From: Spartobacteria bacterium UBA695
GTDB taxonomy: Bacteria; Verrucomicrobiota; Verrucomicrobiia; Chthoniobacterales; Chthoniobacteraceae
Length of the DNA stretch: 24,000 nucleotides
Assembly (NCBI GenBank): GCA_002298145.1
Contig: DBMP01000015.1
Span: 276,702-300,701, forward strand
Direction: 5' to 3'
Shown: piece by piece, positions 23,775-24,000 of the stretch
Position numbering within the stretch: the stretch's first letter is position 1
Layout: each line of letters starts with the position of its first letter
Made by a program: the position numbers and the translations under genes
The notes under the pieces: generated by a model
Databases searched by the model: none
Seen by the model: the letters and a program-made list of their open reading frames with translations, nothing else
Told to the model about the DNA's origin: nothing

Positions 23775-24000
23775 ATGCGCCCCCGAAACCTGCGTGTGCG
23801 CGCATGGTGGGCATTGTTGGTAGTGACAGGGTTGACGGCGTGCGGGCCGGACGGGCGCAAGTCAGCGCAGTCGGCGCCCCCGCCTCCCGCCCCCGAGACG
23901 CTTCATTTTGAAACGCAGTACATCCGGCGCGAAGTGGACCGTTATAAAGACGCCCCCTCGCCCACGGCCCGGCGAAAGATGGACCAAGCCTTTGCCTCGC
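23775..24000 (+). CDS. Lipoprotein, unknown function (N-terminal part; runs off the right edge)
   Basis: Translation from the ATG at 23775 gives MRPRNLRVRAWWALLVVTGLTAC|GPDGRKSAQSAPPPPAPETLHFETQYIRREVDRYKD.... It has a lipobox L-T-A-C after a hydrophobic core and stays open to the window end. It is absent from the ORF track because it has no stop. Confidence 0.6.
   Translation, partial: MRPRNLRVRAWWALLVVTGLTACGPDGRKSAQSAPPPPAPETLHFETQYIRREVDRYKDAPSPTARRKMDQAFAS

Overview
This is a high-G+C bacterial chromosomal segment. The gene content points to Verrucomicrobiota (Opitutales-like); that is inference from content, not a database result.

Layout, left to right:
1. 1-9125, minus strand: a tightly packed glycan-catabolic operon. 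It encodes a secreted heparinase II/III-like lyase, a GPH/MFS sugar symporter, a cytoplasmic DUF5703/GH95-like protein, a GH38 alpha-mannosidase and a secreted SGNH sialate-O-acetylesterase-like enzyme (truncated by the window edge).
2. 9210-10241, plus strand: a divergent LacI-family regulator.
3. 10334-16699, plus strand: five translationally coupled genes directly downstream of the regulator. Three are prepilin-type (class III signal) pseudopilins of 267, 149 and 371 aa. The fourth is a giant 1102-aa GspK/PilX-like protein, and the fifth is a 222-aa secreted protein. No major pilin, ATPase, platform protein, secretin or prepilin peptidase lies in the window. This looks like the functionally uncharacterised 'Verru_Chthon cassette' and is the most interesting system here.
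4. A convergent creD homologue.
5. Housekeeping genes: an RRM-type RNA-binding protein and infA, each followed by a hairpin.
6. About 19.4-20.9 kb: a low-G+C islet next to tRNA-Val(GAC). A 49-bp exact direct repeat of the tRNA 3' half brackets an 823-bp integrase-less insert that carries four copies of TGTGCTAAA.
7. rnhA, a secreted Cys/His (NlpC/P60-like?) protein, a GH130 mannoside phosphorylase-type glycosidase, and the start of a lipoprotein gene.

Many ORF-track entries are antisense or out-of-frame shadows typical of high-G+C DNA and were rejected.
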